Below, piece after piece: positions 1-6,949 of a stretch of 64,000 nucleotides of DNA; the stretch's first letter is position 1; each line of letters begins with the position of its first letter. The notes under the pieces were generated by a model. That model was not told the DNA's origin. It was given only the letters and a program-made list of their open reading frames with translations, and did not search any database. Origin of the DNA: a virus; the IMG/VR virus record IMGVR_UViG_3300049988_000024, positions 1-64,000 of that record; one strand, given 5' to 3'. Made by a program: the position numbers and the translations under genes.

Positions 1-198
1 TGCGGAACCCTCTTTCTGGCGCCATACGAACGCACCGTAGCGCGAATCGCGCAAAGGTGCCGCCTTGTACCGGACAATGGCGTAATCGCGTTCTACGGGG
101 TACGTATGGCCGTCTATGACCTCCTCTGGTGTCTCTAGGACGATGATAATCAGCTTGCCGCTGCGCGGGTTGCCTTCGGACATGGGGAGGTAGGTCAT
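1..198 (-). CDS. hypothetical protein, N-terminal 66 codons (gene runs off the left edge)
   Basis: Hand translation from ATG at 198 (MTYLPMSEGNPRSGKLIIIVLETPEEV...) stays open to position 1. ATGA start/stop overlap with the upstream gene. Confidence 0.5.
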   Translation of the reverse strand, partial: MTYLPMSEGNPRSGKLIIIVLETPEEVIDGHTYPVERDYAIVRYKAAPLRDSRYGAFVWRQKEGSA

Positions 199-353
199 TG
201 CTTTCTCTTATGGCCTGGGTTTAGTTCTTCGAACTCAGCTAGAGCTTCGAGTGAACGTCGGAATAACGTTTCCGACTCTTTAGGTTGATACCCATCCACC
301 CAATCTTCAATCACACTTTTCAAAATTTCGTAGAATTCTTCGTTAGATGGCAT
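195..353 (-). CDS. hypothetical small protein (52 aa)
   Basis: Hand-found ORF below the track cutoff: ATG at 353, TGA at 195-197 (MPSNEEFYEILKSVIEDWVDGYQPKESETLF...). Overlaps both neighbours, operon style. Confidence 0.5.
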   Translation of the reverse strand: MPSNEEFYEILKSVIEDWVDGYQPKESETLFRRSLEALAEFEELNPGHKRKQ

Positions 354-552
354 CGTGTTCTCCTCTTGGTTGATAATCTAGTTCATCAACCTTCTCCACT
401 CGAATATTGGTATGCGTTCCGCAATCTTCCGAATACCACGCTTCGTATTCCGCGCCGTCGATCGTGATCCGTTCGCCAAGGCGAATGCGGCGGTAGGACA
501 GCGGGAGAGGAATAGTGGTGTTCTCGTTATCAACGTAAAGGATTTGTCGCAT
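343..552 (-). CDS. hypothetical protein (69 aa)
   Basis: ORF track 343..570. The internal ATG at 552 is preceded by AGGAGG (MRQILYVDNENTT...). Confidence 0.6.
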   Translation of the reverse strand: MRQILYVDNENTTIPLPLSYRRIRLGERITIDGAEYEAWYSEDCGTHTNIRVEKVDELDYQPRGEHDAI

Positions 553-576
553 CTGACCTCCTATGTGCAAGCCACC

Positions 577-605
577 GTTATAAGCGATCCCGTCGTGCCT
601 GTCAA
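577..605 (-). promoter_or_regulatory. sigma70-type promoter for the leftward operon
   Basis: Minus strand TTGACA (600-605), 17 nt, TATAAC (577-582), about 25 nt upstream of the AGGAGG/ATG at 552. Confidence 0.65.
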
Positions 606-606
606 G

Positions 607-835
607 CCTATACGGCAGCTATACGGATTTCCGGTTTCCAGGCGAAAAGCGTATAGGCTAAGTGGTTGAAATTGATTGATTATTTTTCTAGATATACCAT
701 ATTCTTTCTCTTTTCTAAAAGTATATAAAAAAGAAGAGAGGAAGGTAATATGTTAATAAGAAAAGTTTCTGGTTTCACACGAAAAGTGGTATAGCGCGAA
801 AATAAGTTGTTTTGTTTCAATAAGTTAGCGTATAC
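607..835 (+). repeat. 229-bp composite element, copy 1 (six GCTATAC-type boxes plus AT-rich dyad core)
   Basis: Boxes at 607, 618, 651 (complement), 693, 789 (complement) and 829. The same offsets occur in the copies at 23869-24097 and 43592-43820 (inverted). Confidence 0.9.
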
Positions 836-847
836 GGATTAGTGGGC

Positions 848-876
848 TTGTCTTTTGTGGCGCGCTGGTGTATATG
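848..876 (+). promoter_or_regulatory. candidate sigma70-type promoter for the rightward early genes
   Basis: TTGTCT (848-853), 17 nt, TATATG (871-876), 12 nt after the repeat element and 36 nt before the ATG at 912. Confidence 0.4.
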
Positions 877-911
877 GTTTTGGGCGCGATTTGCGTGAAC
901 AGGAGAGCGGA

Positions 912-1169
912 ATGGCTTACGAATATGCAAATGAGCGGGAGTTCGTTTTTACGGAAGAAGGACAGCGGCAATTTCTGAAGATCAGGGATCGCGCCTTTTC
1001 TCTTTGCAAGACGGCAGGCGTGGCGCGCATGGAAGAGATTATCAGCGGCAGCTATGGCGATTCCTGGCAGCTACTCGCTTGCGTCGATAGGCTTGTGGAG
1101 ATTGGCGATTTGCACGAAATTCGGCAAGTTGGATATGTGGCGGGACAACACAGGATTTTTTGGCGTTAG
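912..1169 (+). CDS. hypothetical protein (85 aa)
   Basis: ORF track 855..1169. Internal ATG at 912 follows GGAGAG (MAYEYANEREF...). Confidence 0.6.
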   Translation: MAYEYANEREFVFTEEGQRQFLKIRDRAFSLCKTAGVARMEEIISGSYGDSWQLLACVDRLVEIGDLHEIRQVGYVAGQHRIFWR

Positions 1170-1254
1170 CCTCGATTTCGCTTGACTTTCCCGTCCCAAT
1201 CGGGTACATATGCGTTGCGCCAACGTGCGCCGAAACCACAAACAGGAAAACAGA

Positions 1255-2022
1255 ATGGCCAAGACCGACGTAGTTGTGAAGGACGACAAGACGAACGCTG
1301 TAGCGCTTGCGGGTGCTTTCGATGACGTGGACAATGGATTCGGGTCCATTGATTCCAGCGATTTCATTATTCCGCGACTGAGCATTCTTGGCGATCTTTC
1401 GCCGCAGATCAAGAAGAGCGATCCGAAGTACCTTCATGGCGCTGAGCCTGGAATGATTGCCGACGTTTCGCTTGGCGAGCTTTTCGAGGGTCCGGTTCAC
1501 TTCCTGCCGGTTTACCGCGAAAAGCTTCAGCTTGAGTGGGCGCCGCGCAAGAGCGGCAAGGGCATCGTTGCCCGTCACTACAATGACCGTATCGCAGAGC
1601 TTGGGCTGGAGCGAAATGAGCGAAATGAGACGTTGACGGCGGACGGAAACGAGATCATCCAGACGATTCAGCTTTACGGCCTGAACCTGTCGGCGGATGG
1701 TCGCTGGACGTTTGCCAGCTTCAAGAAGAGTGGCTTGAAGGTGATGCGCCAGTTCATCACCAAGGCATCAGCGATTCGGATGCCGAACGGCAAGCCTGCG
1801 CCGCTGATGTACAAGACCTATCTTCTGTCGTCGTTTGACGATGCGGGCAATGGTAATTCGTGGAAGAACTGGCGGATTGAAGACGGCCCGCTGACAATGG
1901 ACCTTCCGAACGCCGCTGAGGCTATCGAAAGTGCCAAGGCCCTGATGACTTCGATTCAGAGCGGCATTGCAAAGGCTGACGAACGAGAAGATGTGACGGA
2001 TGATGAGACTATTCCGTTTTGA
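1255..2022 (+). CDS. putative ssDNA-binding / replication accessory protein with SSB-like acidic C-terminal tip
   Basis: ORF track 1210..2022, start taken at MAKTD. The C-terminus ...ADEREDVTDDETIPF resembles the bacterial SSB tip (DDDIPF) and the acidic, F-ending tail of T7 gp2.5. Second gene of the replication-gene block. Confidence 0.45.
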   Translation: MAKTDVVVKDDKTNAVALAGAFDDVDNGFGSIDSSDFIIPRLSILGDLSPQIKKSDPKYLHGAEPGMIADVSLGELFEGPVHFLPVYREKLQLEWAPRKSGKGIVARHYNDRIAELGLERNERNETLTADGNEIIQTIQLYGLNLSADGRWTFASFKKSGLKVMRQFITKASAIRMPNGKPAPLMYKTYLLSSFDDAGNGNSWKNWRIEDGPLTMDLPNAAEAIESAKALMTSIQSGIAKADEREDVTDDETIPF

Positions 2023-2034
2023 GGAGCGTAACCC

Positions 2035-2271
2035 ATGAAGACCCTTCTTGCCATTTTCGGCGTGTTCTTTCTGATTGCCGCCTTGCCTCTTCTTGGCACT
2101 CTCGCGGGTGCCTTTGTGGGGTGGGTCGTCGGCCTGTTTTTCGAGGAAACCGTTATGGGGTTCTTCAGCCGTCTAGGATTTGACACCGCAGGCTATGCGA
2201 TGTGGCAGCTAGGCGCGGCTCTAGGATTTGTGTCGGCTTTCTTTCGATCCACGACAACAAAGGAAAGCTAA
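2035..2271 (+). CDS. small membrane protein
   Basis: ORF track. Two hydrophobic stretches (LLAIFGVFFLIAALPLLGTLAGAFVGWVVGLFF; AMWQLGAALGFVSAFF). Confidence 0.6.
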   Translation: MKTLLAIFGVFFLIAALPLLGTLAGAFVGWVVGLFFEETVMGFFSRLGFDTAGYAMWQLGAALGFVSAFFRSTTTKES

Positions 2272-2433
2272 ATGCATCGGTCGGAAGAAGATTTCGATTA
2301 TCTCCTTTGGTTCTGGATAAATGCTGATTTTGGCCCCTCAGACGGTGACGTTCGATATAGTATGAATCGGCGTTTTGAGAAAGAAACCGGGCGAAAAGTA
2401 CCAGAAGAGTTTCAAGAGACAGATGAAGACTGA
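2272..2433 (+). CDS. hypothetical small acidic protein (53 aa)
   Basis: Hand-found: the ATG at 2272 directly follows the upstream TAA; TGA at 2431-2433 (MHRSEEDFDYLLWFWINADFG...). Confidence 0.45.
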   Translation: MHRSEEDFDYLLWFWINADFGPSDGDVRYSMNRRFEKETGRKVPEEFQETDED

Positions 2434-2445
2434 GTAATCCCCGAC

Positions 2446-2481
2446 CCCGGCATGGCGCAAGTTGTGCCGGGTTTCTTGTTT
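2446..2481 (+). terminator. rho-independent terminator candidate
   Basis: Stem CCCGGCA (2446-2452) / TGCCGGG (2465-2471) followed by TTTCTTGTTT. Confidence 0.5.
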
Positions 2482-2495
2482 GATGGAGAAGAATA

Positions 2496-2663
2496 ATGAA
2501 GCGTTATCGAGCCTATCTAAATATTGGTTTTCCAACTGCCATTCGCGAAGAAACCTTCGAATTTGAAGACGACGCAACAAATGAATATATCGAGGAAGAA
2601 ATCAGAGATTGGATGAATAACTATCTTGATTGGGGCTTCCAAGAAATCGAGGATGAAGACTGA
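2496..2663 (+). CDS. hypothetical small acidic protein (55 aa)
   Basis: Hand-found: GGAGAAGAATA then ATG at 2496. The TGA at 2661-2663 overlaps the next ATG. Confidence 0.5.
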   Translation: MKRYRAYLNIGFPTAIREETFEFEDDATNEYIEEEIRDWMNNYLDWGFQEIEDED

Positions 2664-2899
2664 TGCCTCAAGCAACCGACGAACTACGCGCACGGATGAA
2701 CCAGTTGTTTGGCGACCCCGTTGATGACGCGGGGCCAATCAGTTTTCTGGAGAAGCGCGGCTTTGTGCTGACATCCGCTTTCGAATGGCGATTGCCGCCC
2801 GGTGTGAAGACGTGGGCCGAATTGACAACCGACGAACAGAACTGTATTTGCTTTTTGTGCGATGAATGGGATTTTGGAGGAGTGGCGCTCGATGCGTGA
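2663..2899 (+). CDS. hypothetical protein
   Basis: ORF track. TGATG coupling to the upstream ORF. Confidence 0.6.
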   Translation: MPQATDELRARMNQLFGDPVDDAGPISFLEKRGFVLTSAFEWRLPPGVKTWAELTTDEQNCICFLCDEWDFGGVALDA

Positions 2900-3140
2900 A
2901 TGGGCAAAGATTTTGCGAGTCGATGAAACACAAATTTTGTATTTCGTTGAGTATGATACGGAACACGAAAAGGATGAGATGGCGATCTTGCATCAGATGA
3001 TTCAGGATGACGATGTGAACTTTGATATGAAGCTTCGCAACGTATCGGTCGAAACAGCTTTTAAGCTCTACGATAGCATGGATGAGAACGCGGCACGGAA
3101 GTTGATTGGTATCTACGAGAACACGGTGAGGGATTACTAA
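2892..3140 (+). CDS. hypothetical protein
   Basis: ORF track 2862..3140. Internal ATG at 2892 follows GGAGGAG. Confidence 0.55.
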   Translation: MREWAKILRVDETQILYFVEYDTEHEKDEMAILHQMIQDDDVNFDMKLRNVSVETAFKLYDSMDENAARKLIGIYENTVRDY

Positions 3141-3691
3141 TGGACCTTTCAGCCTTTGACACACCCACCAGCACGACCGACCTTGAAACGGTTCGCACGT
3201 TGGCCACGGAACTTCGTGATTTGGAAACCGAGATCGCGGAACTGGAGGAAACGTTGAAGCTCTTGAAGGGCCGTGCCAACGACCTGAAGACGCAAGAGCT
3301 TCCTGAAGCATTGGGCGATTTGGGTATGGAGTCCTTCAGCCTTTCGGACGGTTTCAGCGTCAAGATCAACGAAGTGGTATCGGGCACACTGCCCAAGGAC
3401 CCTGCGGCCAAGCGTGCGGCCCTGGCGCTTCTCGCGGAATACGGTCTAGACGGCATTATCAAGAACGAAATCAGCCTTGCGTTTGGGCGAGGTGAAGACA
3501 ACATTGCTAAGAGCCTTGCGGCTGAGCTTCGCGAAAAGGGCTATGAAGCCGACGTGACGGAAGGCGTGCACCCGCAGACGCTTGCGGCAGCGGTTCGCGA
3601 GCGCCTTCGCAGTGGTGAGGAAGTCGATACGCAGGCGCTTGGCATCTACTGCGGGCGTACCGTGAAGACAAGTTTCGGGAAGGTTAGGTGA
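3140..3691 (+). CDS. hypothetical protein with N-terminal coiled coil
   Basis: ORF track. Heptad-like LRDLETEIAELEETLKLLKGRANDLK. Confidence 0.65.
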   Translation: MDLSAFDTPTSTTDLETVRTLATELRDLETEIAELEETLKLLKGRANDLKTQELPEALGDLGMESFSLSDGFSVKINEVVSGTLPKDPAAKRAALALLAEYGLDGIIKNEISLAFGRGEDNIAKSLAAELREKGYEADVTEGVHPQTLAAAVRERLRSGEEVDTQALGIYCGRTVKTSFGKVR

Positions 3692-3855
3692 TGACTTTTG
3701 CCTTCTTTTGCCTTGCGATGGCAATCGTAAATGCAATTATTTTTGCTGATGTAGTCAGAGAATCCGCACCATTTATGTACTGGGTTTGGTTTTGTCTTAG
3801 TACGATTTTCTGGTTTACATACTTTGGCTACCAAATCGAGGAATATCTAAAATGA
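3691..3855 (+). CDS. small membrane protein (54 aa)
   Basis: Hand-found, with TGATG coupling at both ends (MTFAFFCLAMAIVNAIIFADVV...WVWFCLSTIFWFTYFGY). Confidence 0.5.
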   Translation: MTFAFFCLAMAIVNAIIFADVVRESAPFMYWVWFCLSTIFWFTYFGYQIEEYLK

Positions 3856-4082
3856 TTGGCGCTGAAATTCTTGCATTGCCGATGGGTCCTAATGACGCAG
3901 ATGCAGAAAATGTTCGCGAGTATTTGAAGGCGCTCCTAACCGAGCTTTGGCGCGAGGGCGAAAGTTTCTCGGGAAAGCGTCCATTCGGAAATAGCGGATG
4001 GGAGCGAGAGCTTCTAGAGAATATTGAGGATCATACACTTGATCCAGAAAGCGCTATTTTTAGGGCTATTGAAGCGCTATGA
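3852..4082 (+). CDS. hypothetical protein
   Basis: ORF track; translationally coupled. Confidence 0.6.
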   Translation: MIGAEILALPMGPNDADAENVREYLKALLTELWREGESFSGKRPFGNSGWERELLENIEDHTLDPESAIFRAIEAL

Positions 4083-4510
4083 CCAAACACATCGTTGTTG
4101 AAATAGACGATGTAATCGCGGACACGACGTCGCGTCAATCGTTGCTGAACGAAAGCTTTGACGCTTATCATGCCGCGTGCGCGTCGGACAAGCCGCGCGT
4201 CGATACCGTCGAGGTCTTGCGGGCGCTGAGTTCGCATGGCCACGAAATTCTGGCCGTAACGGGTCGCCCAGCGCGTTTCGACAAGCCGACCCTGGAATGG
4301 CTCAACCGATACAGCGTGCCCGTTGACGAGGTTCTGATGCGCCCTGACACCGATTACCGATCGGAAGTCGATGTAAAGGCTGCGCTTCTGGAGAACTATT
4401 TTGGTTCCTTGGATGCGGCACGTGAACGGGTGTTGGTTGGCTTTGAGTCTAAAGACCGGACGATTGAAGGGCTGCGCGATCTTGGGTTTACGATTTGGGG
4501 GCTACGATGA
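4079..4510 (+). CDS. HAD-superfamily phosphatase (polynucleotide/nucleotide phosphatase-like)
   Basis: N-terminal IVVEIDDVIADT (DxD-type motif I). TLEWLNRYSVPVDEVLMRPDTDYRSEVDVKAALL resembles small phage HAD/PNK-phosphatase proteins. Confidence 0.5.
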   Translation: MTKHIVVEIDDVIADTTSRQSLLNESFDAYHAACASDKPRVDTVEVLRALSSHGHEILAVTGRPARFDKPTLEWLNRYSVPVDEVLMRPDTDYRSEVDVKAALLENYFGSLDAARERVLVGFESKDRTIEGLRDLGFTIWGLR

Positions 4511-4719
4511 CGGAACATCCTATCGAGAAGATCGGTGAAACGAAGTTCGGACATAGCGTGTATGCACAAGACAATGAAGTTGGCGGCACGACTTATTATT
4601 CAGATGAGTGCGGAGCCGTCTTTCCGATTTGGGATACGGCGATTGCATCACTAGAAACAATGCGTATTGCGCTTGAATTCGAAGAAGCATCTTACAAGCA
4701 ATTGGTGGAGGGCTTTTGA
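4507..4719 (+). CDS. hypothetical protein
   Basis: ORF track 4495..4719. The ATG at 4507 gives an ATGA overlap. Confidence 0.55.
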   Translation: MTEHPIEKIGETKFGHSVYAQDNEVGGTTYYSDECGAVFPIWDTAIASLETMRIALEFEEASYKQLVEGF

Positions 4720-4898
4720 TGACGCCATCAGAACAGAAGATCAAACTTTATGACTTGTGTAAGCGTTTCGTAGAGGAGAACAACGTTTGGGAGGCATGTT
4801 GTGTCACAGACAACGACAGGACGTATTTGAATTCGATTGATCTTGTCGTGGAGATTTGCGAGATCGTGGGATACAAGGAGATGGAAGATGACGAATAA
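4716..4898 (+). CDS. hypothetical protein
   Basis: ORF track. Confidence 0.55.
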   Translation: MMTPSEQKIKLYDLCKRFVEENNVWEACCVTDNDRTYLNSIDLVVEICEIVGYKEMEDDE

Positions 4899-5328
4899 GC
4901 AAACATCAGACGGTGGCAGCACCAGCTACTACGAACTTCCGCCCGGTGCGACAGAGCTAAACGACTTGATAGAACACAAGAATATGAGCTTTGCAGTCGG
5001 TAACATTTTCAAGGCAGCTTATCGGCTTGGACAAAAGGAAGGCGCTGAAGAGGAGTACGATTTGCGAAAGATCATTTATTTTGCGGAGCGACGGCTGAAG
5101 CAGCTAGAAAAGTGGAAAGAAGCTGATTTCGCTGGCCATCGAAGCCGGTTTCTAGCTGCTTTGAGTGACGTTCGTTTAGATAGCGTTCGTGTTAGCGGTC
5201 CCGAAGTTCGCCCGAAGGGACAGCCAGTGGACGCCATCGCTGGTGGCGAGTTTGTTGTGAAGCCACCTAACACTGTTGTTCCTGCTATGTACGGCGGTCT
5301 TAAGACGGATGGCAGCGATGCTTTTTAG
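4888..5328 (+). CDS. DUF3310-like (SaV-like) phage protein
   Basis: GGSTSYYELPPGATELNDLIEHKNMSFAVGNIFKAAYRLGQK matches the pattern I know from DUF3310 proteins. AAGGAG precedes the ATG at 4888. Confidence 0.55.
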   Translation: MTNKQTSDGGSTSYYELPPGATELNDLIEHKNMSFAVGNIFKAAYRLGQKEGAEEEYDLRKIIYFAERRLKQLEKWKEADFAGHRSRFLAALSDVRLDSVRVSGPEVRPKGQPVDAIAGGEFVVKPPNTVVPAMYGGLKTDGSDAF

Positions 5329-5653
5329 AAATTTGGATGTCACTCCGAATACGGTTCAGATAGATGAGGATGTTGTCGAGCGCCCTTCGTATGTAAGCGT
5401 AGGGCAGTGGACCGAGTTTTGGGAGAACGCGAAAGACGAGCATAGTTATGATGCGGGATATGAGGAAGGGCTAGCTGAGTCAAAGCGTGAACTTGACGAG
5501 CTAGAAAGTGAAAAAGAGGCGTTGGAAGACGAGATTGCAGACCTTCAAAAGAAAGTCAATGATCTAGAAGCTGAATTGAACGATACCTTGAACCGTTTTG
5601 ATAAGGAATATGATCGTGGCTTTCAGGATGGTCTTGGGGCGGATGATTCATGA
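5318..5653 (+). CDS. hypothetical coiled-coil protein
   Basis: ORF track 5276..5653, internal ATG at 5318. ELDELESEKEALEDEIADLQKKVNDLEAEL. Confidence 0.55.
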   Translation: MLFRNLDVTPNTVQIDEDVVERPSYVSVGQWTEFWENAKDEHSYDAGYEEGLAESKRELDELESEKEALEDEIADLQKKVNDLEAELNDTLNRFDKEYDRGFQDGLGADDS

Positions 5654-6168
5654 GAGAGGTTCGCAATCGTAGGTTAGTTGATCTTAACAGTAGAAAAAGC
5701 ATAGGTCAAAGCAAAGCTTGGGAAAAGCGTCGCCCTGCTACCATTGAAGCTTATTTAGATAGTAAATGCGAAAAGAAGGAAAACGGTTGTTGGGAAAGTA
5801 AAAATTGCAGAGAAGGAAAATACAAAGAAGGGCAATATAATGGAGAGGAATTTCTTTTACATATAAAGAGTTACGAAGTGCATAATGGTCTCGTTCCTAA
5901 AGGATTGATTGTTAGACATAAATGCGATAATACTAAGTGTATCAATCCTGAACATTTGGAAGTTGGAACAAAGAAGGATAATCGGCAGGACTTTCTTCGT
6001 AGGCATCCAAAAGCAAAAGAGCTTATTGCTGAACTTGTCGAGAAGGGAACAGAGGCTATAAAAGGTTTTTGGGATTCAATTGACGAGGGAGAGCGAAAGG
6101 ATTTTGTAAAGAGGCGCGCAGAAAAGCAGGCACAAATTCGGCGTGAAAGGCTGGCTAAATGCGAGTAA
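5650..6168 (+). CDS. HNH homing endonuclease
   Basis: LIVRHKCDNTKCINPEHLEVGTKKDNRQD (HNH/His-Cys box). AT-rich relative to its neighbours. Confidence 0.75.
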   Translation: MREVRNRRLVDLNSRKSIGQSKAWEKRRPATIEAYLDSKCEKKENGCWESKNCREGKYKEGQYNGEEFLLHIKSYEVHNGLVPKGLIVRHKCDNTKCINPEHLEVGTKKDNRQDFLRRHPKAKELIAELVEKGTEAIKGFWDSIDEGERKDFVKRRAEKQAQIRRERLAKCE

Positions 6169-6698
6169 TTGTCTTTGATACTGAGACGAGCGCGCTTTGG
6201 CAGAATACCCAACGCGCTCTTGCTAAACAACCTTGGACCGTAGAGTTATACGCCAAGCGCATTGACACTGAAACAGGTGAAGCCCTTGGCGACTACCATT
6301 CTTGGTTTAAGATCGGCGTTCCTATGGACGCCGGAGCCATGAAAGTTACAGGTTTGACGGAAGAATTTCTTCTGGACAAACCCACTTTTGTTTCTGAATC
6401 CGAGAAGATTCATGCGTTTATGCAGGATTGTGACGCTTACGCTGGCCACAATCTGCTCTTCGATTTGATGATGCTGAGCTTTGACTTCCGGCGTGCCGGG
6501 ATTGATTGGGACTATTCGGATAAGCGCTTGATTGATACGGTCTCGGAAAATGAATGGCGATTTGGCTTTCGTCCGAACTTGACATTGCTTCACGAAACGT
6601 TTTATAATGAAGGATTCGACGGAGCCCACGGCGCGAAGTCGGACGTTGAGGCGACTGAACGTTGCCTTATGTATATGGTGAAGGAAGGTTCGCTATGA
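6159..6698 (+). CDS. DEDDh 3'-5' exonuclease (DnaQ / pol III epsilon-like)
   Basis: Exo motifs VFDTETS, AGHNLLFDLMML and HGAKSDVEAT. Lies just upstream of the DnaE-type polymerase. Confidence 0.8.
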   Translation: MRVIVFDTETSALWQNTQRALAKQPWTVELYAKRIDTETGEALGDYHSWFKIGVPMDAGAMKVTGLTEEFLLDKPTFVSESEKIHAFMQDCDAYAGHNLLFDLMMLSFDFRRAGIDWDYSDKRLIDTVSENEWRFGFRPNLTLLHETFYNEGFDGAHGAKSDVEATERCLMYMVKEGSL

Positions 6699-6949
6699 GC
6701 AATATCGATTTTCACGATGGCGGCGACGACGAAGACGATTTTGACGACGGCGGCAGCGGCCTAACCGATGATCAGGTTAACGCTTTCCTTCAGGAGCTAG
6801 CACACCTGACCATGAAGCACGGCGTTGAGATCGGCGCATGGGGCGATGCGGAGCCTTTCCTAGTGAAGACTGAGGCCAAGCATGGGTATTATGCGGCTGA
6901 TGATGATCACGAAGGGTTGATGTTTATCACGGGGACAATGATCCAGTGA
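6695..6949 (+). CDS. hypothetical, strongly acidic protein (84 aa)
   Basis: ORF track 6662..6949, ATG at 6695. HDGGDDEDDFDDGGSGLTDD. Confidence 0.55.
   Translation: MSNIDFHDGGDDEDDFDDGGSGLTDDQVNAFLQELAHLTMKHGVEIGAWGDAEPFLVKTEAKHGYYAADDDHEGLMFITGTMIQ

Noticed and set aside
607-835. The three repeats as a CRISPR-like array or as MITE insertions.
   Set aside because: The copies are about 20 kb apart, so they are not an array. I saw no target-site duplications flanking any copy and no transposase in the window. The MITE idea remains only a weak alternative.
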